A stretch of DNA of 64,000 nt, taken from the NCBI RefSeq assembly GCF_009834535.1, contig NC_045708.1, positions 37,572,001 through 37,636,000 on the forward strand, given 5' to 3'. Positions within the stretch are counted from its first letter, which is position 1; each line of letters begins with the position of its first letter. Both the position numbers and the translations under genes were made by a program. The notes below the pieces were generated by a model, which was given only the letters and a program-made list of their open reading frames with translations, was not told the DNA's origin and searched no databases. This DNA is from Camelus ferus (lineage: Eukaryota). This document shows positions 53,990 to 64,000 of the stretch, in pieces.

Positions 53990-55330
53990 CAGCTGACAGG
54001 TACAGGTACTAGACACAAGAATAGCTGAAAAGAAATAATTGCATTAAAATATGCAGGGAAAAAAGGCATTTTTACTGACAATACAGAAATGTGAATGAAA
54101 AATCCAAACATATCTGATAATCTTCTTTACAATTTGGAAGCTACAATCTACTAGTCCTAATAACAATCCATAATCTTAAGTTTAATAGTTTTTTGAGGGT
54201 TTTTTTGGTGGGGGGAGGTAATTAGGCTTACTTATTTATTTCTTCTTTGAGTAAGTACAGGGGATTGAACCCAGGACCTCATGCATGCTAAGCATACAGT
54301 CTACCACTTGAGCTATATCCTCCCCTATCATCTTAAGTTTAAGTTATTAAGAAAATAATCCTTTCCTCTAAATTCAACACTTTTCTAATGGAGCTAAAGT
54401 TTGACAAAGCGGGGTTTAAAAAAATTTTTTTTTTAAATCCAGTTTGACAGAATTACTCTGAATTACTGAGAGAGGGACCAATAATTTCAGTCCATGTTGA
54501 AAACAGAATTAGAATAGTATATTGACATCCTGATTAAACAAGCTGGTTTCCTAAAGGTCAGTAGCCTTATGTCCTACATTCTACTTGGGAACATTTTGAC
54601 CCCTAAGATTTCCTGCTTTTAGAAAAGGCATTTTTTAATATACTTTGAGGAAATTAATTAGCAAAAAAGAAGATACTGAGTCATTGGTAAATGCACAACT
54701 TACAAATGATGCCTGAATGATTACTATTTAGAACATTTAGAGAATAATTCACAACATAGTACTATAAAAATCAGCCTGATTTTAATTAAATACATTGTAG
54801 AAATGAACAAACAGTAAAGACTGATGAGTTAAAACAAGTAGAAGATTTGTGCTCAAGTAAAAAAATGCATTTAGATTCATTATATCCAATAAACTATTGG
54901 TTAAAAGTTGGTGTAAGTGAATCTCAATAAATGTTCAAAGAAATATATAACCCTAACTTACCTTCAGTATAATGGAAGATGTAACATGAAACTATCAGAA
55001 GTAAACTTGGAACTTTTCACTTTTCCACAATGAAATCAGGCAAAATAGGCTACTGAAATACAAAGGATACAAGTAAACAGCAGTACTCACTAAGCTCCAT
55101 CATTTTAAAAAATAGAGTATCACTGAGAGTGCTTTGTGGCAAATTTGGAATCTTCCAATATTTTCTACAATTCTTGAATAATTTAACTGCAGAATAAATG
55201 CCCTGATTTGTCACATTGTCTGTGATATTTGATTACATTGGCACAAGGATCTCATGTTTTCAAACCAAAAACTGGCATACACAAGGACAATCTCCAGACC
55301 CCTAAGGTACTCATGTATATGTAAAGGCAT
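53990..55330. mobile_element. hAT-Charlie1-like DNA transposon remnant in ORC1 intron 1
   Basis: AT-rich degenerate transposase-like sequence with Charlie1-type blocks (gcacaacttacaaatgatgcctgaatgattactattt; ctcatgttttcaaaccaaaaactggca). Boundaries approximate. Confidence 0.55.
54186..54325 (-). mobile_element. Vic-1-type camelid tRNA-Ala-derived SINE
   Basis: Minus strand GGGGAGGATATAGCTCAAGTGGTAGACTGTATGCTTAGCATGCATGAGGTCCTGGGTTCAATCCCC (A box TAGCTCAAGTGG, B box GTTCAATCC), then CCTAATTACCTCCCCCCACC and an A-tail. Flanked by the duplication atcttaagtttaa (54173-54185 and 54330-54342). Confidence 0.9.
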
Positions 55331-55979
55331 TAAATCCACGCTCTCAACGTTTTTAAATCCAGACCATATTTTAGCTTATTAAAGCAGGCATCCTCCTTCA
55401 AAACCCAAGCCAAGATAAAATGTAACATTCCTTGTCTAGACCATGAGCTGTGTTCACTGAGACCAATATAAGCATATATGTGTGCAAGGGAGGGTGATTT
55501 ATCCAAGGCTGAGCAGGTTGGGGTGTCAGAAGGCTCTCTGGGCCTGACCCACATAACCTGCCTCACTTCAGTCTGTCAGTGCTCCAGGCCTGCTTTTCCA
55601 AACAGCAAACAGACCAAGGTTGTTAGTGCCCTCAGACTTAAGCAATTGCCCTTCTCTCTTCCTGCGAATCTTTGCAAGAATGTCTCAGGTCTCAGCTTCA
55701 GTGAAACTTCCTCAGATAGGTCTTCACTAATACCCAATGGAAAGTTACCCCTGACACCGCTCCCGCCTGCCCTTCAGGGTCATGCTCCATTACACCACCC
55801 TGTCATCAAGGCAATAACCATTATATTACTTTCTTATTTGTTGTACTTCCTACATTAGAATGTTAAACTCCAAAAGAGCAGGGATCTTGGGATCTTGTCT
55901 ATATTGTTCATAACTGCATTTTGCACATGATAGGTGAACAAATGAATGAATGAACAAACTGCTTTTAAAAAATCATTAG

Positions 55980-56545
55980 GACAATACCAAGTGTGATAAG
56001 GTAGGGCAGTCAGAACCCTCATACACTGCTGGAGGGCATGTAAATTGGTAAAACCACTTTGGAAAATTGGCAGTATCTACTAAAGCTGATGCATATCCTA
56101 TGACCCAGCAATTCCAACAGAATATACCCAACAGGAAAACATACACATCAACAAAATACATGAACCAGAATATACATAGCAGCACTATACAGCAATTAAA
56201 TTAAACCAACCACAACTGCACACGTGAGGAAAATCTCACAAAATAACGAGCTAAAGGAATCAGACACCAAAAGAATATATAGTATATTGATTCCATTTAT
56301 ACAAAGGTCAAAAAAGGGTAGAAGAAAAAAAAAACCTACGGGATTAGAATATAAGGTAGCTAGGTGACTGAAAGGAAGCACAGTGGTGTAGTGGGGTGCT
56401 TCTGGGATAATGGTCATGTTGTTTCCTGATCTGGATGCTAGTTACATGGATATGTTCTCTTCAAGAAAACTCAGTGCACTGTACACTTATGACTTGTGCA
56501 CTTTTCTATATGTATGCTATTTTTCAATGAAAAGTTCAAAAAATT
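55980..56545 (+). mobile_element. Ancient L1 (L1ME-like) 3' remnant
   Basis: accactttggaaaattggcagtatctactaaagctga, cctatgacccagcaattcca, tacacttatgacttgtgcacttttctatatgtatg. Confidence 0.75.
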
Positions 56546-58299
56546 AAATCAGGAGTCCTTCTGAAAAGGCACTCTAAGGAGATCATACATACTATCAGGA
56601 CTCTGTACTAATACCCGACTTTCTTACCCTCAACCCATTACTACATCTCATCCACCATCTGCAAAGAGATTCTCCAACAGGGGTTTTGAATGGGGTGGAA
56701 AGGCAGGCCTGACTTGGCCTAGCAAAGGCTTTGGCTTCCAGAAGATACTACAGGCTCTCAATGTTGCTGATATCAGAAATCTGGAACACACACACCACCC
56801 AGTCCAGGGGCCACACCCAAGGAAAACAGATAAGGAAGCTGCAGGAAAATAATGATAGCAGTTATTTATTGACCCAATGAGACAGAAGGTAGAACCAAAA
56901 CTCTTGATATATTTATCTGATTTAATCCTCACAGTAACCCTAAAACAATGCTGGTCCATAGTAAGTGCAAAGTAAGCCCTCAGTAATAAATATTTGCTGA
57001 ATGAAAGGTAGATGCTATTAGCACTCCAAGATGATAAATTTTCCTAATGTTATAGAGATGGCGCAGTCTTAATTCAAATGCTGAGCAGCTGGATTTCAAT
57101 GACTGTGCTCAAAACCACTTCACTTTAGAACATCTTGTATGAAAGTGAACAATGTAAATATACGTCCAAGAGAGCTTGTTTCTGATGTGCTTATTCCAAT
57201 AAGTCAGGCTTCCCAGCCACTGACTTAAAGGTCAAATGAGCCTCAATTTCCTTATCCACAAAATGCAGATAATAGAAACTTCCTTCCATTCAATCATGTT
57301 TATTTATTAATCATCCATTGTGTGTGACGCACTAATCTAGAATTAATGAGGATTAAGTGAAAAAAATGCAAAATGGTAAATTCACTTTCTCACTCCCTTA
57401 ATCCCTTGCATTTATCTGTAAGAAACTGTGTTTTTGGTAACTTTATGAATTTGCATTCAATTTCAGAAGTGTCATAAACCTTCTAAAGTCCCACATATTG
57501 CCCTTTGTTACATTAAAAAACTGTTGCAGAGAAACTTGATAAACATGATAAACATGATCTCACGTCAGAAACCTCCAATGGCATTCACAAGCACCCAATA
57601 CAGCAGGGAAGAGGGTACCACTTTTACAGACAACTAAAACTGAAAATTGGCATTTCTAGTCATTGCGGTTTGTCCTGCAACACAAGAATCTCGCAGGACA
57701 AGAATCTAGCATCTCCTGCCTCTTAAGTCCAGTACTTTTTCCAATGGTCAAAATAGAAAGCTCTTCTATTCCGGGGTTAGACTAAAGGAATAAAAGAGGT
57801 GCCATTAGACTCTCTTCCTAGGAAAGAAGGTGGAGGAGAGCCCAGCAGTTAAGAGCCGCTCATCTGGGGAAGAAAAGGCCCGGGTAGAAACTCAGGTTGC
57901 TTAGTCTTAAAAAGGGACTTAAACAAGTCTCTTTCTGAGAGCAACTGCTCCATTTGTAAAATCGGGTAATAACTTCTGCTCCGCCTTCCCTGTGGTGCTT
58001 GTTACACTACGGTTGAAAGGAAGAAAAGATGCGAATGCTTCACAAGGGCCACGCAGAGAGAAGGGGTGGTTCAGATCATTACTGAGAGTCTCAGGCCGCC
58101 GAGGACAGGAGTGTTCACGCTTCTCCGCCGTTGGCTTCCGGTTTCCCCACTGCAAACCCACAGTCCCCGGCAGAGCGGGAAGCCTTTTAGAAATCGGGAT
58201 GTGGAAGAAGACCGCTCCTAATGGGCTTAGAACAGTGCCTGGCACTTAGCAGGCGCTCAGTAAATATCTGCTGAATGGGGCTGAATGGGTCCACAGAGA

Positions 58300-59060
58300 A
58301 CAAATTCCTCAGTCCCCGCGGCTCAGGTCCCTCTCCAGCCCGGGAGACGCCACACTCACCGGGTGCCGAAGCCTGCTCAAGCTAGGCACAAGCCCTCCGC
58401 TTCCCACCTCCGCTTCAGGAGCTCGTGGGGCTGCAGTAACCCTCACCTGCCCCAGCTAGACTCCTCTTAACAGCCCCCAGCCGCGCAACGGAGCAGAAAT
58501 GGGCGCCTCGCTGGGAATGAAAAGAAGGTGGAGAAAAGAAAACTTCGCGCCAAACGTCGTGGCCCCGCCCCCAGGCTGTCTCCACGTTCTGTCACCAGCC
58601 GGCCTTTCCACCCCGCCCACCTAGGAGGGGACGCATGACGTCACGTCCGCCAACTTGCAGCGGCCATCGTTGATTCGGTCCGCGACGCCTTTCGCGGAAG
58701 TTCCTGTAGCTAAAACGTTCAGGTTTCAAGATGGTCGTCTAAGCTATTTAGCGAGACTTCCTTTGATTTTTCCCTGTTCCCCTTAGGGTTGTTGTTTTTT
58801 TTTTAACCTGGATGTGACGTATTAAAGGACCCGACGGAAATAGAACTGAAGGCGTTCTAAAATGGCGAACCGTACGGTAAAGGATGCGCATAGCATCCAC
58901 GGCACCAACCCTCAGTATCTGGTGGAGAAGATCATTCGGACTCGAATTTACGAGTCCAAGTATTGGAAAGAGGAGTGCTTTGGCCTTACGGGTGAGCAAG
59001 AGGGCGCCAGTCCTCCCCAACCCCTGCGGTCTTGTAACCCAGTTCTGACAGCGCCGGTGG
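58300..59060. promoter_or_regulatory. Bidirectional CpG-island promoter shared by ORC1 (-) and PRPF38A (+)
   Basis: E2F motifs TTTGGCGCGAA (minus, 58544-58554) and TTTCGCGG (58690-58697); GC boxes 58563-58572 and 58611-58618; perfect CRE TGACGTCA 58636-58643; ETS GCGGAAGT 58694-58701; YY1-like AAGATGGTCG near 58728. E2F control of ORC1 is established in human. Confidence 0.88.
58360..58560 (-). other. ORC1: ORC1 non-coding exon 1 (TSS approximate; second possible donor at 58447)
   Basis: Donors CCG|gtgagt (58360) and CAG|gtgagg (58447) lie in the CpG island. Exon 2 acceptor is tacacag|GAGCC-ATG at 53256. Confidence 0.65.
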
Positions 59061-62000
59061 GATCGGCCCCTAGGGGGTGAGACTGGAGGGGAATCTGTCA
59101 GTCATTCAGAAAAATCTGAGCGCCTACTCTGTGCCTAGTCTTGTGTTGGGCTTTGGGGACACAGATGGATCTGATAGGATCTTATTCTGAAGGGTGTCAC
59201 AGTTCGGTTCTTTTGAGTCATTCCATGTTTAATGATAATTTGGTAGATTCCAAAAGTGAGCTCAAGACCATTGTTTTCCCTCAACACTAGGTTACATTCC
59301 TTGTCACCTATTTTCATTGTATTCTGCATCTTTCAACTACTCATTACACTTCCAATTTTTAAAAATGTTTTCTCCCTTGCCAGACTGTGAATTCCATGAC
59401 AATAGTAATTCTGTCCCTCTTCTTTATCCCTCTACCTCTGTCTTTGGTACTTGGCACTTAAGTTGCCAACTGTAATGTTGAATGGCTTAATATAGAGTTT
59501 ATCCTAAAGGAACTTGAAGAAGTCTCATTTATAAAGTGATTTCCTATTAATAGTACCTAACATTTATTATTTGCTGTATGTCAGGTAAATATTAACATTT
59601 ATTTGTAGTGTCTTATTTGATTCTCATTATAGCCCTTTATTATTTTCAATAATATTTAATTAAATATTTAAACAGAAACCTTTATTTAAATAAAAACCTT
59701 TGTTATTCAGATTTGAACGGACAGGGTCAAAGAGAAGTGAAGTGATTTGCCCTAGTTCACATAGCTAGTGTTTGATTTTTGATGAAAACATTGGAAGATT
59801 ATCTTTCCCATTTCTAGATGAAGTTTGCTCAAGGTTATGTAGCTTATTGAGGAGTTGTTTGTTGTTACTGTTTTGTTTCTTTTAACTCCTAGTCTGGCAG
59901 TTTTTCCCCTAACATGATGGTTAGACTGCTTGGATTAAAGTCTAGGTTCTGCTCCTTTCTGGCTATGAACCTTGAGCAAGTCACTTAACCTTTCTTAATC
60001 CTCATTTTCCTTAGATCTAAACAAGGGCAGCACTAGAACTTACCTCATGGCTTGTTGTGAAGATTAAATGGGATAATACAAAATGCTTAGCAGAGTACCT
60101 GGCATATAATAACCTTTCAGTGTATGTTAGCTGCTGCTGTTGTTATTGTTGTTGTTATTATTATTATTATATAGTTGTCCTGATATTAAAATGATGAGTA
60201 TTCAGGAGCATCAAACCTTGAACTAACTTCTTTCCACTTCGACTTGGAAAAGCTTAGTTCTAATGTGTCTGAGATGCCACTCTGTTTTTGTTTTTGTTTT
60301 TTAGCTGAACTTGTTGTCGATAAAGCCATGGAGTTAAGGTTTGTGGGTGGTGTCTATGGTGGCAACATAAAGCCAACTCCCTTTCTGTGTTTGACCTTGA
60401 AGATGCTTCAGATTCAACCTGAGAAGGATATCATTGTAGAGTTTATCAAAAATGAAGATTTCAAGTGAGTTAAATGTTGATGTGAAATGCTGACTAGCTA
60501 GTATAAAAGCTTCGAATTCTAGAATTTGGCTTTGGTTAAGAGAAGTGAAAACAGTGTATCTTATTTCTGCATAGTTCCACTCTAGGATTTTGCTCCTGAG
60601 CTCTTGAGTTTGTATTTGTCTGTTCTGATTGTATCTATCTTTTCCTTTACATTATCAGTCTTGGTAACTTCCCCCACAAAAGAGTATTTCACAAACTCAC
60701 TGAATATATATTAAGCAGAAGTGAATGTCTAATACGTTGGTAGCACTGAATGCTTAAGGATGAAGAAAACACATAGTTTTCTGTGTGTGAAGAAAGAGAA
60801 ACTTTGGTACAGTTTACAGACTTTACCTAAGTGTGGTAAAGAAGAGAGAAACTTTGGTGTTAAATGTAGGCTTATGTCCAGACCCTGTTACTAATTACCT
60901 GTGACCTTGGAGAAGTTACTTAATTTTCTAAGTTTTACTTTCTTTACCTGTAAAATTGAAACAGCAATAGCGCCAACTCAGGATAGATGTGAGGATTAAG
61001 AAAGATAGTGCTGTAAATCTCACAACACAGAGCCTATTGCATGGTAAACACCCCCAAAATGTCAGCTGCTCTTATTTTATTATCCATTCTCAAGGAGCTC
61101 ACAGACAAGGATGAGAGACACACATAATAACCTTTACAACAACCCTGCAAAGTTATTATCCTCATTATATAGGAGAGGAAACTTAGGCACAGAGAGATTG
61201 ATTTCCCCAAGGTCAGAGAGCTGATAAGTGGTAAAGCTGGCTTCAGTCCATATTCTTTGCCACTCTATTCTGTTTGTCATATAAAGAAATTATTAAGTTT
61301 CAAATGCCTACTAGTTATCCAAGTGGAGATTTGGGTGGGTAGTTGGGATATAGGAGAAAGGGAAAAGAAAGGAATCCTGTAATATTAATGGCTAGAAAAT
61401 AGCTAACTTTTCTTAGGCACTTACTATGTGCTGTATGCTGTGCTTAGCACTTTACATACATTTCTTACTTAATACACCAAGACATCAATTTAAGTACTAT
61501 CATTTCCATTTTACAAGGATTGAGAAATCAAGTAACTTGCCCAGTGTTACAGAGTTACTCAATAATGGAATCAGAATTTGAACCCAGATGACTTTGACTT
61601 TTTTCTGTAACCAATATTCTTCTTCCTAGCAACAATTTAAATATTCATGTCTATGTGAATTAATTGTTATATTTTTAATAAATAAGTCTTATACTTTGTG
61701 TTGTTAAATTCAGTATCTCATTTGATTCTTACAATAATTCCATGAGGTAAGTAAGTTCTTAGTTTTGCTGATGATATAATGGGACAGACTCTGAAAGCTG
61801 AGCAGCATGTCCCAAGTAAACACAGCCAGTAAGTGGTAGAATGGGAACTTGAACTCAGATTTCCATATTTTAGCTGTCTTTCTGCTGCCCCATGCTTCCT
61901 CTAAAAGTGTAGCTTTCTCATCTGCCAAGGAGAATAAAGACTTTGTTTATCCACTACTGCCATGAGAAAAGCCAGTGGTAAAACTCAGGAACTTTTTAAG

Positions 62001-63841
62001 ATGGGCTGTTGTTTCACTGTCACCTGTCTGTCAGGTATGTCCGCATGTTGGGAGCGCTTTACATGAGGTTGACAGGCACTGCAATTGATTGCTACAAGTA
62101 CTTGGAGCCTCTGTACAACGACTATCGAAAAATCAAGAGCCAGAACCGAAATGGGGGTGAGTATGGTGTCAAGTGTCTGGACCTTCATCCCTGAGCCAGT
62201 TTTTATTTCCCCAGTATCGCGAGCCTCACACTGTCACATACATTGTAAGTGCTCCTCTTAATCCATATTGTTACTGTCTTCATTCAGGTCCTCCGTCTCC
62301 TTTCTGGGGATTACTCCATTAGACTGCTAGCTTCCTGTCAACCTCACCCAGTCTGCCCATCTGCCTATCTTTCCAGATGCATCTTATGTTGACCCCTGCC
62401 TTGCATCATTTGCTCCCTCCCATAAGATCCAGCTCCCAAATGACCTCCTCCATAAAATCATTCCCCAAACCTCCCAAAGTTAGTTTTCCATATGTTAAAC
62501 ACCTTCACAGTTCTTTCTACTGGCTTCTCTAGGACTGTAATTCACCCTAAAGTAAACAGACTGAGTGTGCTCATACTATATAGGAATCCCTCTGAAAAAT
62601 AATAAGTATATCCAGGAGGGGCAGCTCCATATTTTACAAAGAGACACATTTTGTGGTAATATGGGATTCAAGGAATGCAATCAAAACCTTTTCTTACTTA
62701 GTATCATAGTAAAAGATTAGTAACGTTTGCCTTTCCCCTCTACATATAACATTAAGCAGTAGAGGGTTAAGAATTTGATTTTATTCTTTAAACTTTTATT
62801 AACTTATTCATTCATTGAATAAATACATATTAAGTGCCAGTGTCATGCCAGGTAATGTGCTGTGTACTAGAAATAACTTGGTGAATAAGATGGTTATGGA
62901 CATCAGGAAATTATTTATTTATGACTATATTATATTGAACTAAGATACGGTTTTTCAACCTAGTGACAATTGGGGCCAGATAGTTCTTAGTTGTGGGGAA
63001 CTGTCCAGTGCATTGTAGGATGTTTAGCAGCATCCCTGGCTTCTACCCACTAAAGGCCAATAGCATAATTGCAGGATGGGTGGTTATTGAGAACCACTGA
63101 ACTAAGGGAATGTTTGCCATAGAAATTCTGAAAAGCTATTGCTGCACTTACCATAAAAGGTACATGATTTTTTAAAATACCAAATCACTATGTTGTACAC
63201 CTGGAACTAATATAATATTGTAAGTCAGTTATACTTCAATTAAAAAAAGTTTGCTGACCTATGTGGGGGAAAAGAAAAAGTTACATATTCTATATTCAGA
63301 AACTTCGTGGGTTCACATGAAAAATTGCACTTGAGTTTTGTTTTATTCAAGATGTGACCCCTTTACAACTCAGGACTATTTGTGTTTGCTTTTGTGTTTG
63401 TCTCTCCTGCTTCTTGGACCACTTCATTCATCCCTTTATCCTCAGCACCTAAAAGACGCATGGCACATAAATGGCCTCAATAAAGGGGAGGTGAATGAAA
63501 GAAGACGGTGGTGATGACAGGGCTATGAAAGGTTGTAGTTTGAGCCCGGGTTTGACAGTAGTCCCTTCGGTGTAATTGCCACACCATAGTAGCTTTTATT
63601 AGTGAATGTGCAAGCAAAGGGAAGCTGCAGAGAATTCATGTTTTGTATATCAGGTGCTCTCTTAGATATCTCGTATATAAAGTCTTACAGTTCTTTTACT
63701 TTTTGGCTCTTTGCATTTATTTCCAAGTTGCTTGAGCTTATGGTTTTTCTTTCAGAGTTTGAACTGATGCATGTAGATGAATTTATTGATGAACTACTTC
63801 ATAGTGAGAGAGTCTGTGATATCATTCTGCCCCGGCTACAG
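58862..63841 (+). CDS. PRPF38A: PRPF38A pre-mRNA splicing factor 38A, first four coding exons, 3'-partial. join(58862-58991,60305-60464,62035-62156,63756-63841)
   Basis: The 498 nt read MANRTVKDAHSIHGTNPQYLVEKIIRTRIYESKYWKEECFGLT|AELVVDKAMELRFVGGVYGGNIKPTPFLCLTLKMLQIQPEKDIIVEFIKNEDFK|YVRMLGALYMRLTG...SQNRNG|EFELMHVDEFIDELLHSERVCDIILPRLQ, the PRP38 domain. All introns GT-AG. Confidence 0.98.
59925..60170 (+). mobile_element. MIR SINE, representative copy; further MIR fragments at about 10250-10370, 12900-12990, 21000-21200, 22840-22990, 27880-28030, 45290-45475 and 60860-61620
   Basis: MIR core: ccttgagcaagtcacttaacct..ctcattttcc...acctcatggcttgttgtgaagattaaatg..gcttagcagagtacctggcatat. Confidence 0.8.
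62945..63110. mobile_element. MER20-like hAT-Charlie element
   Basis: ggggccagatagttct..gttgtgggg.actgtccagtgcattgtaggatgtttagcagcatccctggc.tctacccacta...ttgagaaccactg. Confidence 0.8.
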
Positions 63842-64000
63842 GTAAGAGATAAAGGTCATACGTATACAATACACAGTACACAGTAAAATGTGTGCAGAGA
63901 TCTCTTTACACAATAAAACACCATGGATCTCAGGATCCTCTTTTTATTGAAAAAGCACCTTTTAAGAATGAGCTGATGTATGATATGTTACAAGTATACA

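Noticed and set aside
54255-54325. tRNA-Ala(AGC)-like gene on the minus strand
   Set aside because: The acceptor stem is not completed, it runs into a SINE tail and poly(A), and it has a target-site duplication; it is a SINE head.

Overview
Mammalian (camelid) genomic DNA, not microbial. A Vic-1-type tRNA-Ala-derived SINE and the camelid-style L1 3' ends point to a camel or alpaca. The window is the conserved block syntenic to human 1p32.3. It holds the last six coding exons of ZFYVE9/SARA (+), a complete CC2D1B (-, 23 coding exons, 855 aa), a complete ORC1 (-, 16 coding exons, 863 aa) and the first four coding exons of PRPF38A (+). ORC1 and PRPF38A are head-to-head on one CpG-island promoter. 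I traced every exon by hand: all introns are GT-AG, phases join and there are no in-frame stops, so all four genes look intact. The rest is L1, L2, MIR, MaLR/ERV LTR and hAT remnants plus two N-gaps. I found no new gene family or novel multi-gene system. The best leads are small: (1) the alternative acceptor that adds PPGHLQ in human CC2D1B reads PPGYL-stop here; (2) a perfect 14-bp hairpin in an intronic LTR places AATAAA on both strands inside ORC1 intron 8; (3) a tight G-quadruplex motif sits 8 nt before the ZFYVE9 poly(A) signal; (4) tiny uORFs precede PRPF38A and its exon 3 has a recursive-type AG|GTATGT junction. Gene identities, human comparisons and repeat subfamily names come from recalled sequences, not database searches.
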